Below are positions 7,805 through 17,560 of a stretch of DNA of 32,000 bases, in pieces; within the stretch, counting starts at the first letter, position 1; each line of letters starts with the position of its first letter. The stretch spans positions 240,001-272,000 of the forward strand of contig OY969931.1 in NCBI GenBank assembly GCA_963704705.1, given 5' to 3'. The notes under the pieces were generated by a model. The model was not told the DNA's origin. It saw only the letters and a list, made by a program, of their open reading frames with translations, and ran no database searches. Position numbers and translations under genes: made by a program. Source of the stretch: an uncultured bacterium. Its GTDB lineage: Bacteria; Patescibacteriota; Gracilibacteria; UBA1369; PNNO01.

Positions 7805-9556
7805 ATGGATCAAAAGCAAACCAAGGAGAAAAAGCCAAAAAAAGAAAAAACAAAGAAGACTCCTCTGCAAAAAGAGAATTTCAAAAGAAAAATGGCTGGT
7901 TTATTCATAGGATTAATTGGTGTTTTTTTATTGCTTTTTGTGATCTTTTATACGGTTTCACGAGTATTCCGACCTGAAGATTTTGCAACAATGCTTCCTA
8001 AAGATTCAACAATCGCTTTAGTTCAGTTGAATATAAATCCAGGGCATGAGCAGGTACAGAGATTTTATAATTCTTTAAGTCAGTTTGAAGTTTTTCATCC
8101 AAATTCAATAATAAATCTTGTTAATGAAAAGCTTGATATTAACTATGAAACTGAAGTTGAACCTTGGATTAACCGGCAGGTTGGTGCTGCTTTATTAGAA
8201 AAAGGAAAGCAGAAAGGTGAAACGGATTTAGTATTTTTTGTTGAAACACGCGATAAAGGCGAAACAAAAAAATTCCTTGAATCAAGAGGTTTGCAGTCAA
8301 AAGATGATTATCTTATTTCCGATGAATATAATGGAAATGAAATTTATAGATATGCTTTAAGTCAGACTTTTAATTTCACATTTATAAATAATTATCTTGT
8401 TGTCGGTGATAATCAAGAAGTTATAAAAACCATTATCGATTCAAGTAAAGATTCTAAAAATCGTTTAATTGAATCTCCTGAATATCAGAAGGTAAGCCAA
8501 AATCTTCCAATAACCACTTTTGCTTTTAGTTATGTTGATGTTCAAAAATTAATAAATTTTTTAAAGACAAATGACCAGTTCATGAGTGAGAAAGGCAGAG
8601 AACTCATTGCATTTGAACCATTTTTAAGGATTTATAAAGCTTACGGACTTACTGTTACTATGGAAGATAAAAGTGTTGCTGTTCAGACATTTGAATTATT
8701 GGACAATAATTATCTGGGAGGTCGTGATTTTATAAATTTTGACTCAAAATTCAGAGCAAAATTTTTAGAACTGATTCCGCAGGATGTTAAATTTTATGCT
8801 GGCGGACTTAATTTACAAAAACAATTACAGAGATTTTCTGAAATTTTCAGTGTTGGAGGAGAGGTTTCTTATTTGATTTTTGAAGGCGCTGTAAGGTCAT
8901 TAAAATCAGAGTATTTCGGTGATGAAATCAGCCTTGAAGATGACATTTATCCATTATTACAGGACGAATATTTGCTTGCAGTAACAGGAGAGGGCGATTC
9001 GCAGGCAACCACGATTATACTTGGACTTGAAGATCCTCTTCGCGATAAAGATATTATAGACGTGATTGCTGAAAGCTTTATCAGAAAAAGCGCGCTGCTT
9101 GCGCCTAAAGTTGTTGAAGTCGAACTTGAAGATGGTACTATTTCCAAAGAAATACAAACAGTGCCTTATGAAATTACTAAATCTGAAGAAGATTACAAAG
9201 GTTATTCAATTAATGTACTTAAAGTCGGAAACGAAAAATGGGGAGTATTTTATATAATTGTTGATGATAAACTGATAATTACAACCAAGCTTGATTCGAT
9301 TAAAAAGTCTATCGATTTATTTATTGATCCTTCATCAAGCTTTCAAACAAGCGAAATTTCAAAATCAAATATTCAACCGGTTATAAGAACTTCCGATGAA
9401 GTGATCTTCTTTGATTTGGATTATTTATTTAATAATTTCATTACCGATAAACCCGAATGGATTGCTCCTTACTTAGAGCCGTTCCAGTATATGAGTTTAG
9501 GTAAGAATTATTTTAAAGATGGAATTTCAACAATTAATTACATTAAAATTAAATAA
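7805..9556 (+). CDS. N-terminally anchored large extracytoplasmic hypothetical protein (possibly DUF3352-type)
   Basis: 583 aa. Lys-rich N-terminus, then a single TM helix (GLFIGLIGVFLLLFVIFYTV). No catalytic motif recognised. Stop overlaps the next start (TAATG). Confidence 0.65.
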   Translation: MDQKQTKEKKPKKEKTKKTPLQKENFKRKMAGLFIGLIGVFLLLFVIFYTVSRVFRPEDFATMLPKDSTIALVQLNINPGHEQVQRFYNSLSQFEVFHPNSIINLVNEKLDINYETEVEPWINRQVGAALLEKGKQKGETDLVFFVETRDKGETKKFLESRGLQSKDDYLISDEYNGNEIYRYALSQTFNFTFINNYLVVGDNQEVIKTIIDSSKDSKNRLIESPEYQKVSQNLPITTFAFSYVDVQKLINFLKTNDQFMSEKGRELIAFEPFLRIYKAYGLTVTMEDKSVAVQTFELLDNNYLGGRDFINFDSKFRAKFLELIPQDVKFYAGGLNLQKQLQRFSEIFSVGGEVSYLIFEGAVRSLKSEYFGDEISLEDDIYPLLQDEYLLAVTGEGDSQATTIILGLEDPLRDKDIIDVIAESFIRKSALLAPKVVEVELEDGTISKEIQTVPYEITKSEEDYKGYSINVLKVGNEKWGVFYIIVDDKLIITTKLDSIKKSIDLFIDPSSSFQTSEISKSNIQPVIRTSDEVIFFDLDYLFNNFITDKPEWIAPYLEPFQYMSLGKNYFKDGISTINYIKIK

Positions 9557-11634
9557 TGCCCATAATCAGGGACATTAAAAAACGCGACAGTAAAAACACC
9601 CTTATCCTTGATATGGGTGAGAAACGCGAACTTAAAGTTGAAAAGAAGAAACAGCCGGTTAAAGAAGAATTTACAATTATTCATGAGAAGCCCAAAACTC
9701 CTATATTCTGCAAATACAAGCCTGTTTACAACTTTATTGCTTTGGCTGTTTTTGTGTTATTTGTTTTTAATTTGATGCAGATTGTGAATAAAGCTTTTAA
9801 TATTGCCGGTGAAGTTGAAGCTAATGCATTCACAGGTTATGAAAGTTTAATTGCAGGAAGTAAAGATGCGGTTGATACAAATTTCGGAGGAGCGGTGCAA
9901 TATTTTGATTCCGCAAAATATTCATTTGAAAAAGCAAAAGAACAGGTTTGGTTTTTAGGTAGTCAAACTCAAATTGGAGCAAAAGAAACAATTGGTGATA
10001 CTGCTTATAGTTTACTGGAATCAGGTGAAAACTTATCTGATGCAGCTTCATATTTTACCCAGGGTGTAAGCGGACTTCAGGAAATTCCAATTCAGTTTCT
10101 TCAAAATAATGCTTTAAAGGATCAAGTTGTTAATACCAATGTTTCGCTTACTGAAAAGCTTAAATCATCATTGAATTTATTTGAGCTAGCATATAACGAA
10201 GTTTCCAAAGCTAAAGAAAAATTAAAAAATACACCTGATTTGATTCTGCCTGCTGATTTGAAAGGCCGGTTAGATCAATTAATTACAATTTTGGATGAAC
10301 TTAAAAAACGCGTACCAGCTGTGCTTGCAATGCTTGGAGATCGTTATCCGCACAGGTATTTGATTCTTTTTCAAAATAATACTGAATCACGGCCAACCGG
10401 CGGTTTTATTGGAAGTTTTATGTTAATTGACGTAAATGACGGATATATAACCAAAGCTGATTTTCATGATGTGTATGATTATGATGGGCAGTTAAACGAG
10501 CATATTCCAGCGCCTGAAGAAATTTCGCAGCTTACAACAAACTGGAGAATGCGTGATTCCAATTTCTCTCCTGACTTTAGTGTTTCTGCAAAGCAGGCTG
10601 CATGGTTTTTAGAGAAAGAAGGCGGACCGGGAGTAGACACGGTAATTGCAATAAATCAAAGTATACTTGCCGATTTATTAAGCATAACAGGGCCTATTGA
10701 TGTCGATGGTTTGAATGCTCAGCTTGATGCCTCAAATTATAATACGATTCTTACATATGTTGTTGAATCAAAATTGGAAGGCGAAGCCAGTCCTAAACAA
10801 ATTCTTGATAGAGTAATTCCTAATCTTCAGCAAAAGCTTTCGGATGATGCACAATTCAAAAATATCCTAGCAATAATTAGCCAGGAAATTCAGAAAAAGA
10901 ATATTGTCGCCTGGTCAAAAGATGATTATATCCAGCATTTCTTTGAGGAAATTGGAATGAGCGCAGAAATGACGAAATTGCCTGATGATGAAGATTACTT
11001 TTCTTTAAGTTCCATTAATATTGGCGGAAATAAAAGCGATCTTTATTTAAAAACCACCGTAACTCATGAAACTTCAATTGAAAAAGACGGCAGCATAAAC
11101 AATATTGTCACAATTGAACGTTCTCATACTTGGGATCCCTCTGTGCTTTTAAAATGGCGCGACCAGCTTTCTACTTTTGGCTTCACTGACATACCTGATT
11201 GGATTCAGAATATTTTGGGAAAAGGTAATAACAAATCAGTATTGAAAATTTATGTGCCTAAAGGATCGGAATTAACCAGCACTTTGGGCGTTGAAATGGC
11301 CGATGTTAAAGTCGGATATGAAGAATCGGTTGATAAAGGATATTTCTATTATACTGATGAAGTAGCGCCACAAAACACATCAAAAGTTACACTAACTTAT
11401 AAGCTTCCATATAAACTTAATTTGGATGTCGCCGACGAATATCGCTTAACCGTTCAAAAACAGCCGGGTTTAATAAATGACGTTAAATTTGTTAAACAAA
11501 TAGTTGCTGATCCGCATGTTGTGAATTATCGCACTTACCCTGACGAAATCACTTATAATAAAGGTGACGCAATTAAATACGAAACCTCTTTGGTTAGCGA
11601 TCAATATTTTGCTTCTCTGTGGGGATTGGAGTAA
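9556..11634 (+). CDS. DUF4012-like membrane-anchored protein
   Basis: 692 aa with one N-terminal TM helix. The motif YLILFQNNTESRPTGGFIGSF matches my recollection of the DUF4012 core (LxxQNNAExRxTGGxxGS). ATG at 9556 shares its A with the upstream TAA. Confidence 0.7.
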   Translation: MPIIRDIKKRDSKNTLILDMGEKRELKVEKKKQPVKEEFTIIHEKPKTPIFCKYKPVYNFIALAVFVLFVFNLMQIVNKAFNIAGEVEANAFTGYESLIAGSKDAVDTNFGGAVQYFDSAKYSFEKAKEQVWFLGSQTQIGAKETIGDTAYSLLESGENLSDAASYFTQGVSGLQEIPIQFLQNNALKDQVVNTNVSLTEKLKSSLNLFELAYNEVSKAKEKLKNTPDLILPADLKGRLDQLITILDELKKRVPAVLAMLGDRYPHRYLILFQNNTESRPTGGFIGSFMLIDVNDGYITKADFHDVYDYDGQLNEHIPAPEEISQLTTNWRMRDSNFSPDFSVSAKQAAWFLEKEGGPGVDTVIAINQSILADLLSITGPIDVDGLNAQLDASNYNTILTYVVESKLEGEASPKQILDRVIPNLQQKLSDDAQFKNILAIISQEIQKKNIVAWSKDDYIQHFFEEIGMSAEMTKLPDDEDYFSLSSINIGGNKSDLYLKTTVTHETSIEKDGSINNIVTIERSHTWDPSVLLKWRDQLSTFGFTDIPDWIQNILGKGNNKSVLKIYVPKGSELTSTLGVEMADVKVGYEESVDKGYFYYTDEVAPQNTSKVTLTYKLPYKLNLDVADEYRLTVQKQPGLINDVKFVKQIVADPHVVNYRTYPDEITYNKGDAIKYETSLVSDQYFASLWGLE

Positions 11635-13341
11635 TTATTTCCTTTTAAACATCTTCTCCAACTCATTATAAGTTAGCTGAACCATTGATGGTCTTCCATG
11701 TGGACAGGTATATGGACGTTTTAATTTGTCCACTTGCCTGATTAGCTCTGCCATCTCATCATAACTCAAATCTTTACCAAATTTTATTGCGCTTCTGCAA
11801 GCCATATATTCAATAACTTTTTCCTGTGGATTTTTAACTGCGCGTGTCGACTTGTCGTCACTTAAGTCTGATAAAACCTGTTGTAAAATATTTTGCACAT
11901 TCTGGTTTGCGACAGGGGAAGGTACTGCCTGAATTATAAAAGTGTTGCCTCCAAAGCTTTCAATTTCAAATCCCAAATCTTCAAAAATTGATTTATTGTT
12001 TTCAAACATTTCAACTTCAAGCCCTGAGAGTTCAATTTCTAATGGTAATAAAAGCTGTTGTTTTTCAGGAGATTTTTTTTCAAGATGATCCATCAACTCT
12101 TCATATCTTACTCTTTCATGCGCTGCATGCTGATCTATCAATATCAAACCATCTTCATTTTCAGCAAGAATGTATGATTTAGCAATTTGAGTTAAAGGCT
12201 TCATACTGAGGTCTTCTGGCTCTTCTTGTTTATATGAATATTTGTTAAGACCTGTTCCTCCTGAGATTCGTTCTGTAAATTCGAACGCTGCTTTAATTTG
12301 ATTTTTAGTTGGAGCTTCATGCTCTCTAAAATCTCTAAACGATGGCATTAATATATTTTTTTCCAATGTTTTTTTAGCAGAAGCCTGTAAAAGTCTAAAA
12401 ATTTCATTTTGATTCTGAAATCTTATTTCAAGTTTTCTCGGATGAACATTTACATCAATCAGCGCGGGATTAATTTTAATATTTATTAAATAGAAAGGTT
12501 TTTTGCCATCCATAAGCAATGAATGATATGCCTCAGCAATAGCATAACTGAACAAATGGTGGGTTATCTGTCTTTCGTTAACAAACAAATATTGATGCTT
12601 TGTGCCGCTTCGTCCAAGTTCAGGTTTACCAACAAACCCCTCAAACTGAATATTTGAACCTTCATAAAAAATCGGTAATAAATTTTCAGAAACATTTTTT
12701 CCCAAAACATCGCGAATGCGATCAATTAATGCATCTGCAACAGGATATTCAAATGACGCTTTATCATCATGAATAAGTTTAAAGTGCACTTTAGGATGCA
12801 TTAATGCAATTCCCTGAAAAATCGCAATAATATTTTGGTATTCAGTTGATTGTGTTTTTAAATATTTTTTTCGCGCTGGTGTATTATAAAAAAGATTTCG
12901 TACTTCTATTTGTGTACCATCACCGCAGCTTACTTCTTCATTTTTTTCAATAACTCCGCCAATACATAAAATCATAGTTCCAACCGAATCTTCCTGCTTT
13001 TTTGTTTTCATCGTCATATGACAAACCGAAGCAATACTTGCAATAGCCTCGCCTCTAAAGCCAAGGCTCGAGATATTAAATAAATCTTCAGCGTTGCTAA
13101 TTTTACTTGTAGCGTGTCTCTCAAACGATAAATTCGCATCTTCTTTGCCCATTCCGCTGCCATTGTCAGTGATTTTAATAAGTTCATCTCCCGCACCAGT
13201 AATTTCTAAAGTAATGCGGCTTGCTTTTGCGTCAATTGAATTCTCTAAAAGTTCTTTAACAACACTTGCCGGACGTTCAACAACTTCACCTGCAGCAATT
13301 TGATTAATTAAATTTTCAGGAAGAATTTTGATAATATTCAT
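11635..13341 (-). CDS. mutL: DNA mismatch repair protein MutL, endonuclease-type
   Basis: Start chosen at MNIIKILPENLINQIAAGEVVERPASVVKELLENSIDA; the 26 extra codons in the ORF track look spurious. C-terminal DQHAAHERVRYE (DQHA-x2-E-x4-E), ACR and CPHGRP motifs are present. Confidence 0.9.
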   Translation of the reverse strand: MNIIKILPENLINQIAAGEVVERPASVVKELLENSIDAKASRITLEITGAGDELIKITDNGSGMGKEDANLSFERHATSKISNAEDLFNISSLGFRGEAIASIASVCHMTMKTKKQEDSVGTMILCIGGVIEKNEEVSCGDGTQIEVRNLFYNTPARKKYLKTQSTEYQNIIAIFQGIALMHPKVHFKLIHDDKASFEYPVADALIDRIRDVLGKNVSENLLPIFYEGSNIQFEGFVGKPELGRSGTKHQYLFVNERQITHHLFSYAIAEAYHSLLMDGKKPFYLINIKINPALIDVNVHPRKLEIRFQNQNEIFRLLQASAKKTLEKNILMPSFRDFREHEAPTKNQIKAAFEFTERISGGTGLNKYSYKQEEPEDLSMKPLTQIAKSYILAENEDGLILIDQHAAHERVRYEELMDHLEKKSPEKQQLLLPLEIELSGLEVEMFENNKSIFEDLGFEIESFGGNTFIIQAVPSPVANQNVQNILQQVLSDLSDDKSTRAVKNPQEKVIEYMACRSAIKFGKDLSYDEMAELIRQVDKLKRPYTCPHGRPSMVQLTYNELEKMFKRK

Positions 13342-13427
13342 GGTGCCCAAAAAATAATGCAAAAACACTTTAATAACAAGTAAAAATACTATATATTTAC
13401 AAAAGGTATACCTTAACAACTTTTCCT

Positions 13428-14429
13428 ATGAAACTAGGAACAGCACTGGGCGACAGCTTCAAAACTTACTTTAAAAAGCCTCTGCTTTTTTCAGGTATTT
13501 ATGCGGCTGCTATGCTCATACTAATCATTTTTAACATTATCATTCTGCCTTCAGGTGCGGTTGCTGCGCTTCCTTTAGCGCTTATGACTGGTAATGTTGC
13601 GGCTATTTTAAGTATGGCTGGATTACTTTTTTTACTTTATCTTGCTATTGCAATCGTTACCGGAGCTTTAAGTCTTGGTGGTATGATTAAAGCATCTTCC
13701 GAAGTAGTTGGCGGACATAAAACATCTATAATGGATTGTTTGAAGTTTGCATTCGGATTAATTAAAGACTATATCATCCTTGGATTACGTGTTTTCTGGT
13801 ATTCGTTAGCTTGGGTTTTAATTCTTGTAATGATTTTATTACCGCTTTTAGGAAGTTTATTTAGTGCAAAAGCTAACGCTCAGGCCCCTGGCAATATGCC
13901 AACTGAATATAATCAAATGATGCAAGATTTAAATAATATTCAGGGAATGGATAATCCTGAAGCATTACAGGCTTTACAAAATATGGATTATAATTCTATG
14001 GCTTCTTACGGTACATATAATTTTACTCCTGGATTCATGGCGAATCCATTATTTGGAATTATATTCTTGGTATTATTTGTTATTGTTATTTATCGATCAA
14101 TTCAAGTTGGTTTTGCTTTCTACATTTTTTACGATGATCCAAAAATGGGAACAAAAGCAGCTCTTGAAAAGAGTATCAAAATCATGAAGGGAAATATTTG
14201 GAGACTGATCGGTTATTCAATTGTATTACTTCTTATTTTAGGAATTGCTTCAGGAATTGTTTCAGCAGTTCTTCTTGACCCAATTGCACGAGCATTATCA
14301 GGTGGAATACAAGGATATTTCATTTGGCAGATGATTTTGCAATTTATCCTTGCTGCGATTATTGCACCAATATTAGTGTTATTCTATTTTGTAACATTTA
14401 AAGGTTGGAGCAAAGAACACGGACACTAG
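13428..14429 (+). CDS. Polytopic membrane protein, unknown function, with a Q/N/M-rich loop
   Basis: 333 aa with about 6-7 hydrophobic helices. Central low-complexity loop NMPTEYNQMMQDLNNIQGMDNPEALQALQNMDYNSM. Confidence 0.6.
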   Translation: MKLGTALGDSFKTYFKKPLLFSGIYAAAMLILIIFNIIILPSGAVAALPLALMTGNVAAILSMAGLLFLLYLAIAIVTGALSLGGMIKASSEVVGGHKTSIMDCLKFAFGLIKDYIILGLRVFWYSLAWVLILVMILLPLLGSLFSAKANAQAPGNMPTEYNQMMQDLNNIQGMDNPEALQALQNMDYNSMASYGTYNFTPGFMANPLFGIIFLVLFVIVIYRSIQVGFAFYIFYDDPKMGTKAALEKSIKIMKGNIWRLIGYSIVLLLILGIASGIVSAVLLDPIARALSGGIQGYFIWQMILQFILAAIIAPILVLFYFVTFKGWSKEHGH

Positions 14430-14430
14430 T

Positions 14431-16989
14431 TTAATTAGATCTCTTCTTTAACTCATCAAGTTTTTGAAGAGCTTCAAGGGGAGTTAAACCGTTTATATCA
14501 ATCTGGTTTAGCTCCTCTTTTATTTTGTTTAAATTTTGCGGAATTCGTGAGTCAGCAAAAAGCGCCATTTGATCTTCATTTATTTTAGCTTTATTTGCAG
14601 TTTGTTTAATTTTAATATCAACAACATCTTCTTCGAGATCTTTAAGAATAGTTTTTGATTTTTCAACTACTTCCTTTGGAAGACCAGCCAGTCTCGCAAC
14701 TTCAATTCCGTAACTTCTGTCGATGCCACCTTCATCCAGTTTATATAAAAATATGATACCATCTTCTTTTTCTTTCACTCCGACACTAAAATTTTTTGCA
14801 CGCTCCAAAGACTCAACAACAGCGATAAGCTCATGATAATGGCTTGCAAACAATGTCTTGGCTTTAATATGATTGTGGATATATTCTGTAATTGCCCAGG
14901 CAATGCTAACTCCATCGTATGTGGATGTTCCTCTTCCAATCTCATCCAAAATAATAAGAGATCGTTCTGTTGCGTTGTTTAAAATATTTGCTGCTTCCTG
15001 CATTTCAACCATAAACGTTGATTGGCCTTTAATTAAATTATCGCTTGCGCCAACTCTGGTAAAAATTCTATCAACCAGCCCGATTACAGCTTTATCAGCA
15101 GGAACAAAACAGCCTATATGTGCCATTAAAACAGTTATTGCCACTTGCCTTAAGATTGTCGACTTCCCGCCCATATTTGGCCCTGTAATAAGCAATAATT
15201 GATTGTCGATATTGTCCAGATTGATGTCATTTGGAATAAAATCGCCTGAAAATGTCATTTTTTCAACAACAGGATGACGCCCCGCTTTGATTTCAATTTT
15301 ATTTCCCTCGTTTACTTCAGGTTTGCAGTAATTATTAAGCCTCGCAACATATGCAAATGAACACAAACAATCTAAAGTGGCTATTATTTGAGCGTTTTTT
15401 TGAATTTCAGTAATTTTCTCAACTGCTTTTTCCCGGATTTCATTAAACAATTTATATTCAAGTTCAGTTATTTTTTCTTCCGCACCCAAGACCTTTTCTT
15501 CATATTCCTTAAGTTCCGGAGTTATAAATCTTTCCGCATTTACAAGTGTCTGTTTTCTAATATAATCCTCAGGCACATTGGCCAAATTTGACTTACTTAT
15601 TTCAATATAATATCCAAAGACTTTATTGTATTTGACCTTCATGGAATTAATTCCGGTTCTTTTAATTTCTTTTTCCTGCAGGTTTTTTATAAAAGTTTTT
15701 CCTTCTCTGCTAATATTTTTGAGTTCATCGAGCTCTTTATTATAACCGTCTTTAATCATCCCGCCGTCGCGCAAAGTAATTGGCGGCTCTTCTTCTATAG
15801 ATTTTGCAATAATTTCCATTAATTCATGCAAATCAATAAAATTACCTGGTAATCCCGAATTACCGAGTGATTTTTTAAGCTCCGGAATCTGTTTTAATGT
15901 ATTTTTAAGCGCAATCAGATCACGTGCATTACCAGTTCCGAGACTAAGTCTCGAAATGATTCTTTCAAGATCAAGTGTATCTTTTAGGGTTTCTCGTAAA
16001 TTACCGAGTAATTCCGTATTACCGAGTAATTCTTCAACCCAATCTAATCTTTTTTGGATATCTTCGCTTTTTAGAAGCGGCTTTAAAAGCCAATTTTTAA
16101 GCATGCGGCCCCCCATTGAAGTTAAAGTCTCATCTAAAACCGATAGAAGAGAACCTTCTTTTTCCTGATCACGCAAAGTAGTAATAAGTTCCAGATTCCG
16201 AAGCGTTGCTTCATCCAAAGGCATAAACTCTTTTGTAGAGTAATACTTTATTGTTTTTAAATGTTTAAGTTCATTTTTCTGAGTTTCAATTAAATATAAA
16301 AGTAACATCCCCGCTGCTTTAATTGCGGCGCTTTTTCCTTCAAGTCCCAATCCATTTATCGAATGAATTTTATAATGATCTTTAATTGATTCTTCCTCAT
16401 CTCTAAAATTTTCATAAGGAAAAAAAGAAGTATACTCAAAGCTGTCTTTAAGCATAATAAATGTATCGTTTTCTTCACCCGTTATACATTCTGCCGGGTA
16501 AATTTTTGTCATTTCATTTATAAGTTCAGATTCGTTTTCAATTTCAGTTACAAAAAAATCACCGGTTGTAATATCTGCATAAGCAAAACCAAAAAAATCC
16601 CCACTTTTAACCATACTTACCAAGTAATTATTTGTTTTTCTGTCTAATATATTATCATTAAATGTTGTACCCGGAGTAATAGTGCGGGTTACTTCCCTTT
16701 GTACTATTCCCGGAAGCTTAGGATCACTTACCTGATCACAAATTGCAACTTTGCACCCATTGCGTGTTAATTTCGCAATGTAATTTTCAATCGCATGATA
16801 AGGAACTCCGCACATTGGCATTTTACCATCGCCTTTATTGCGTGCAGTCAATGTAATGTCGAGAATTTTAGAAGCTTTTATTGCATCATCCCCGAACATT
16901 TCATAAAAATCTCCAAGCCGGAAAAGCAAAATAGCATCTTTGTGCTTAGCTTTGATCTCTTCGTATTGTTTGATCATCGGAGTCGCCAT
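14431..16989 (-). CDS. mutS: DNA mismatch repair protein MutS
   Basis: N-terminal TPMIKQYEEIKAKHKDAILLFRLGDFYEMFGDDA, Walker A GPNMGGKST, DEIGRGTSTYDG. 852 aa. Confidence 0.95.
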   Translation of the reverse strand: MATPMIKQYEEIKAKHKDAILLFRLGDFYEMFGDDAIKASKILDITLTARNKGDGKMPMCGVPYHAIENYIAKLTRNGCKVAICDQVSDPKLPGIVQREVTRTITPGTTFNDNILDRKTNNYLVSMVKSGDFFGFAYADITTGDFFVTEIENESELINEMTKIYPAECITGEENDTFIMLKDSFEYTSFFPYENFRDEEESIKDHYKIHSINGLGLEGKSAAIKAAGMLLLYLIETQKNELKHLKTIKYYSTKEFMPLDEATLRNLELITTLRDQEKEGSLLSVLDETLTSMGGRMLKNWLLKPLLKSEDIQKRLDWVEELLGNTELLGNLRETLKDTLDLERIISRLSLGTGNARDLIALKNTLKQIPELKKSLGNSGLPGNFIDLHELMEIIAKSIEEEPPITLRDGGMIKDGYNKELDELKNISREGKTFIKNLQEKEIKRTGINSMKVKYNKVFGYYIEISKSNLANVPEDYIRKQTLVNAERFITPELKEYEEKVLGAEEKITELEYKLFNEIREKAVEKITEIQKNAQIIATLDCLCSFAYVARLNNYCKPEVNEGNKIEIKAGRHPVVEKMTFSGDFIPNDINLDNIDNQLLLITGPNMGGKSTILRQVAITVLMAHIGCFVPADKAVIGLVDRIFTRVGASDNLIKGQSTFMVEMQEAANILNNATERSLIILDEIGRGTSTYDGVSIAWAITEYIHNHIKAKTLFASHYHELIAVVESLERAKNFSVGVKEKEDGIIFLYKLDEGGIDRSYGIEVARLAGLPKEVVEKSKTILKDLEEDVVDIKIKQTANKAKINEDQMALFADSRIPQNLNKIKEELNQIDINGLTPLEALQKLDELKKRSN

Positions 16990-17020
16990 ATTTGCACGTT
17001 GTTACCTTTGGCAGGTTTCA

Positions 17021-17049
17021 AATATAGCGAAGTAGAAGGTAAACATCAA
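17021..17049 (-). promoter_or_regulatory. Possible mutS promoter (TTGATG, 17-nt spacer, TATATT on the minus strand)
   Basis: -35 at 17049-17044 and -10 at 17026-17021, about 30 nt upstream of the mutS ATG. Confidence 0.3.
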
Positions 17050-17294
17050 TAGAAGTCAAACCTGCGCCAAGTTCGACTTACCATTCTATGATAATAACCT
17101 TGTTGTAAACAGAAACCCTCTTGGCGAAGATTAACAATGGCCAAATGGAATAGTATATAGTTCTCCAAGGTGTGTACCAATTTTTTCTGATGACCATAAG
17201 TCTGTTTGCCAACGGGCACCTCTTTTCTCCAGGTCCAACCTGGGTATTTAATGAACTTTAGCGCAGGTTTTAAGAAAGATCTCAGCATTAACAA
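17046..17294 (-). CDS. Doubtful small ORF (82 aa from TTG; ATG at 17288), no recognisable family
   Basis: Open frame only. Trp/Tyr/His-rich sequence (YPGWTWRKEVPVGKQTYGHQKK). Different frame from the neighbouring 63-aa ORF. Confidence 0.2.
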   Translation of the reverse strand: MLMLRSFLKPALKFIKYPGWTWRKEVPVGKQTYGHQKKLVHTLENYILFHLAIVNLRQEGFCLQQGYYHRMVSRTWRRFDFY

Positions 17295-17326
17295 TAATAA
17301 ATTATGTTAGCTGAAGGAGGCTAATT

Positions 17327-17518
17327 CTACCAAATAGGCATTTGACCTGCAATAAGATATCTTTTCTTTTGATTACTTCTTCTCCATTGTCTGATTTTTT
17401 GGCTCATTGATCTTTTTTTCATGTTAGTTGGAGTAGGTATGAACCATAATTTTGGTGCTGTTTGAATTCTGATATTCATGATTTTTAGAGTTAAGAAAAT
17501 ACGCATGGCTTTTGCCAA
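17327..17518 (-). CDS. Doubtful small, very basic ORF (63 aa from TTG; ATG at 17506), no recognisable family
   Basis: Open frame 42 nt downstream of lexA on the same strand. Lys/Arg-rich tail KKRSMSQKIRQWRRSNQKKR. Confidence 0.25.
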   Translation of the reverse strand: MAKAMRIFLTLKIMNIRIQTAPKLWFIPTPTNMKKRSMSQKIRQWRRSNQKKRYLIAGQMPIW

Positions 17519-17560
17519 TTTTTAGGCTTTCTTAATGTTTTAAGTACTAAAGCTCTAATA

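Noticed and set aside
13342-13419. 26-codon N-terminal extension of mutL in the ORF track
   Set aside because: The conserved MutL N-terminus begins at the internal Met (MNIIKILPENL...). The extension is hydrophobic junk that overlaps the divergent promoter region.
17038-17092. tRNA-like GTTCGA motif with a GGTAA..AAGTC / GACTTACC interrupted stem
   Set aside because: No acceptor, D or anticodon arm geometry can be drawn. It overlaps the putative mutS promoter.
17314-17320. The only perfect AAGGAGG in the window (+ strand)
   Set aside because: No ATG, GTG or TTG lies 4-12 nt downstream, and the only nearby + ORF is 6 codons. It is probably chance, and its complement is anti-SD-like sequence between the two doubtful ORFs.
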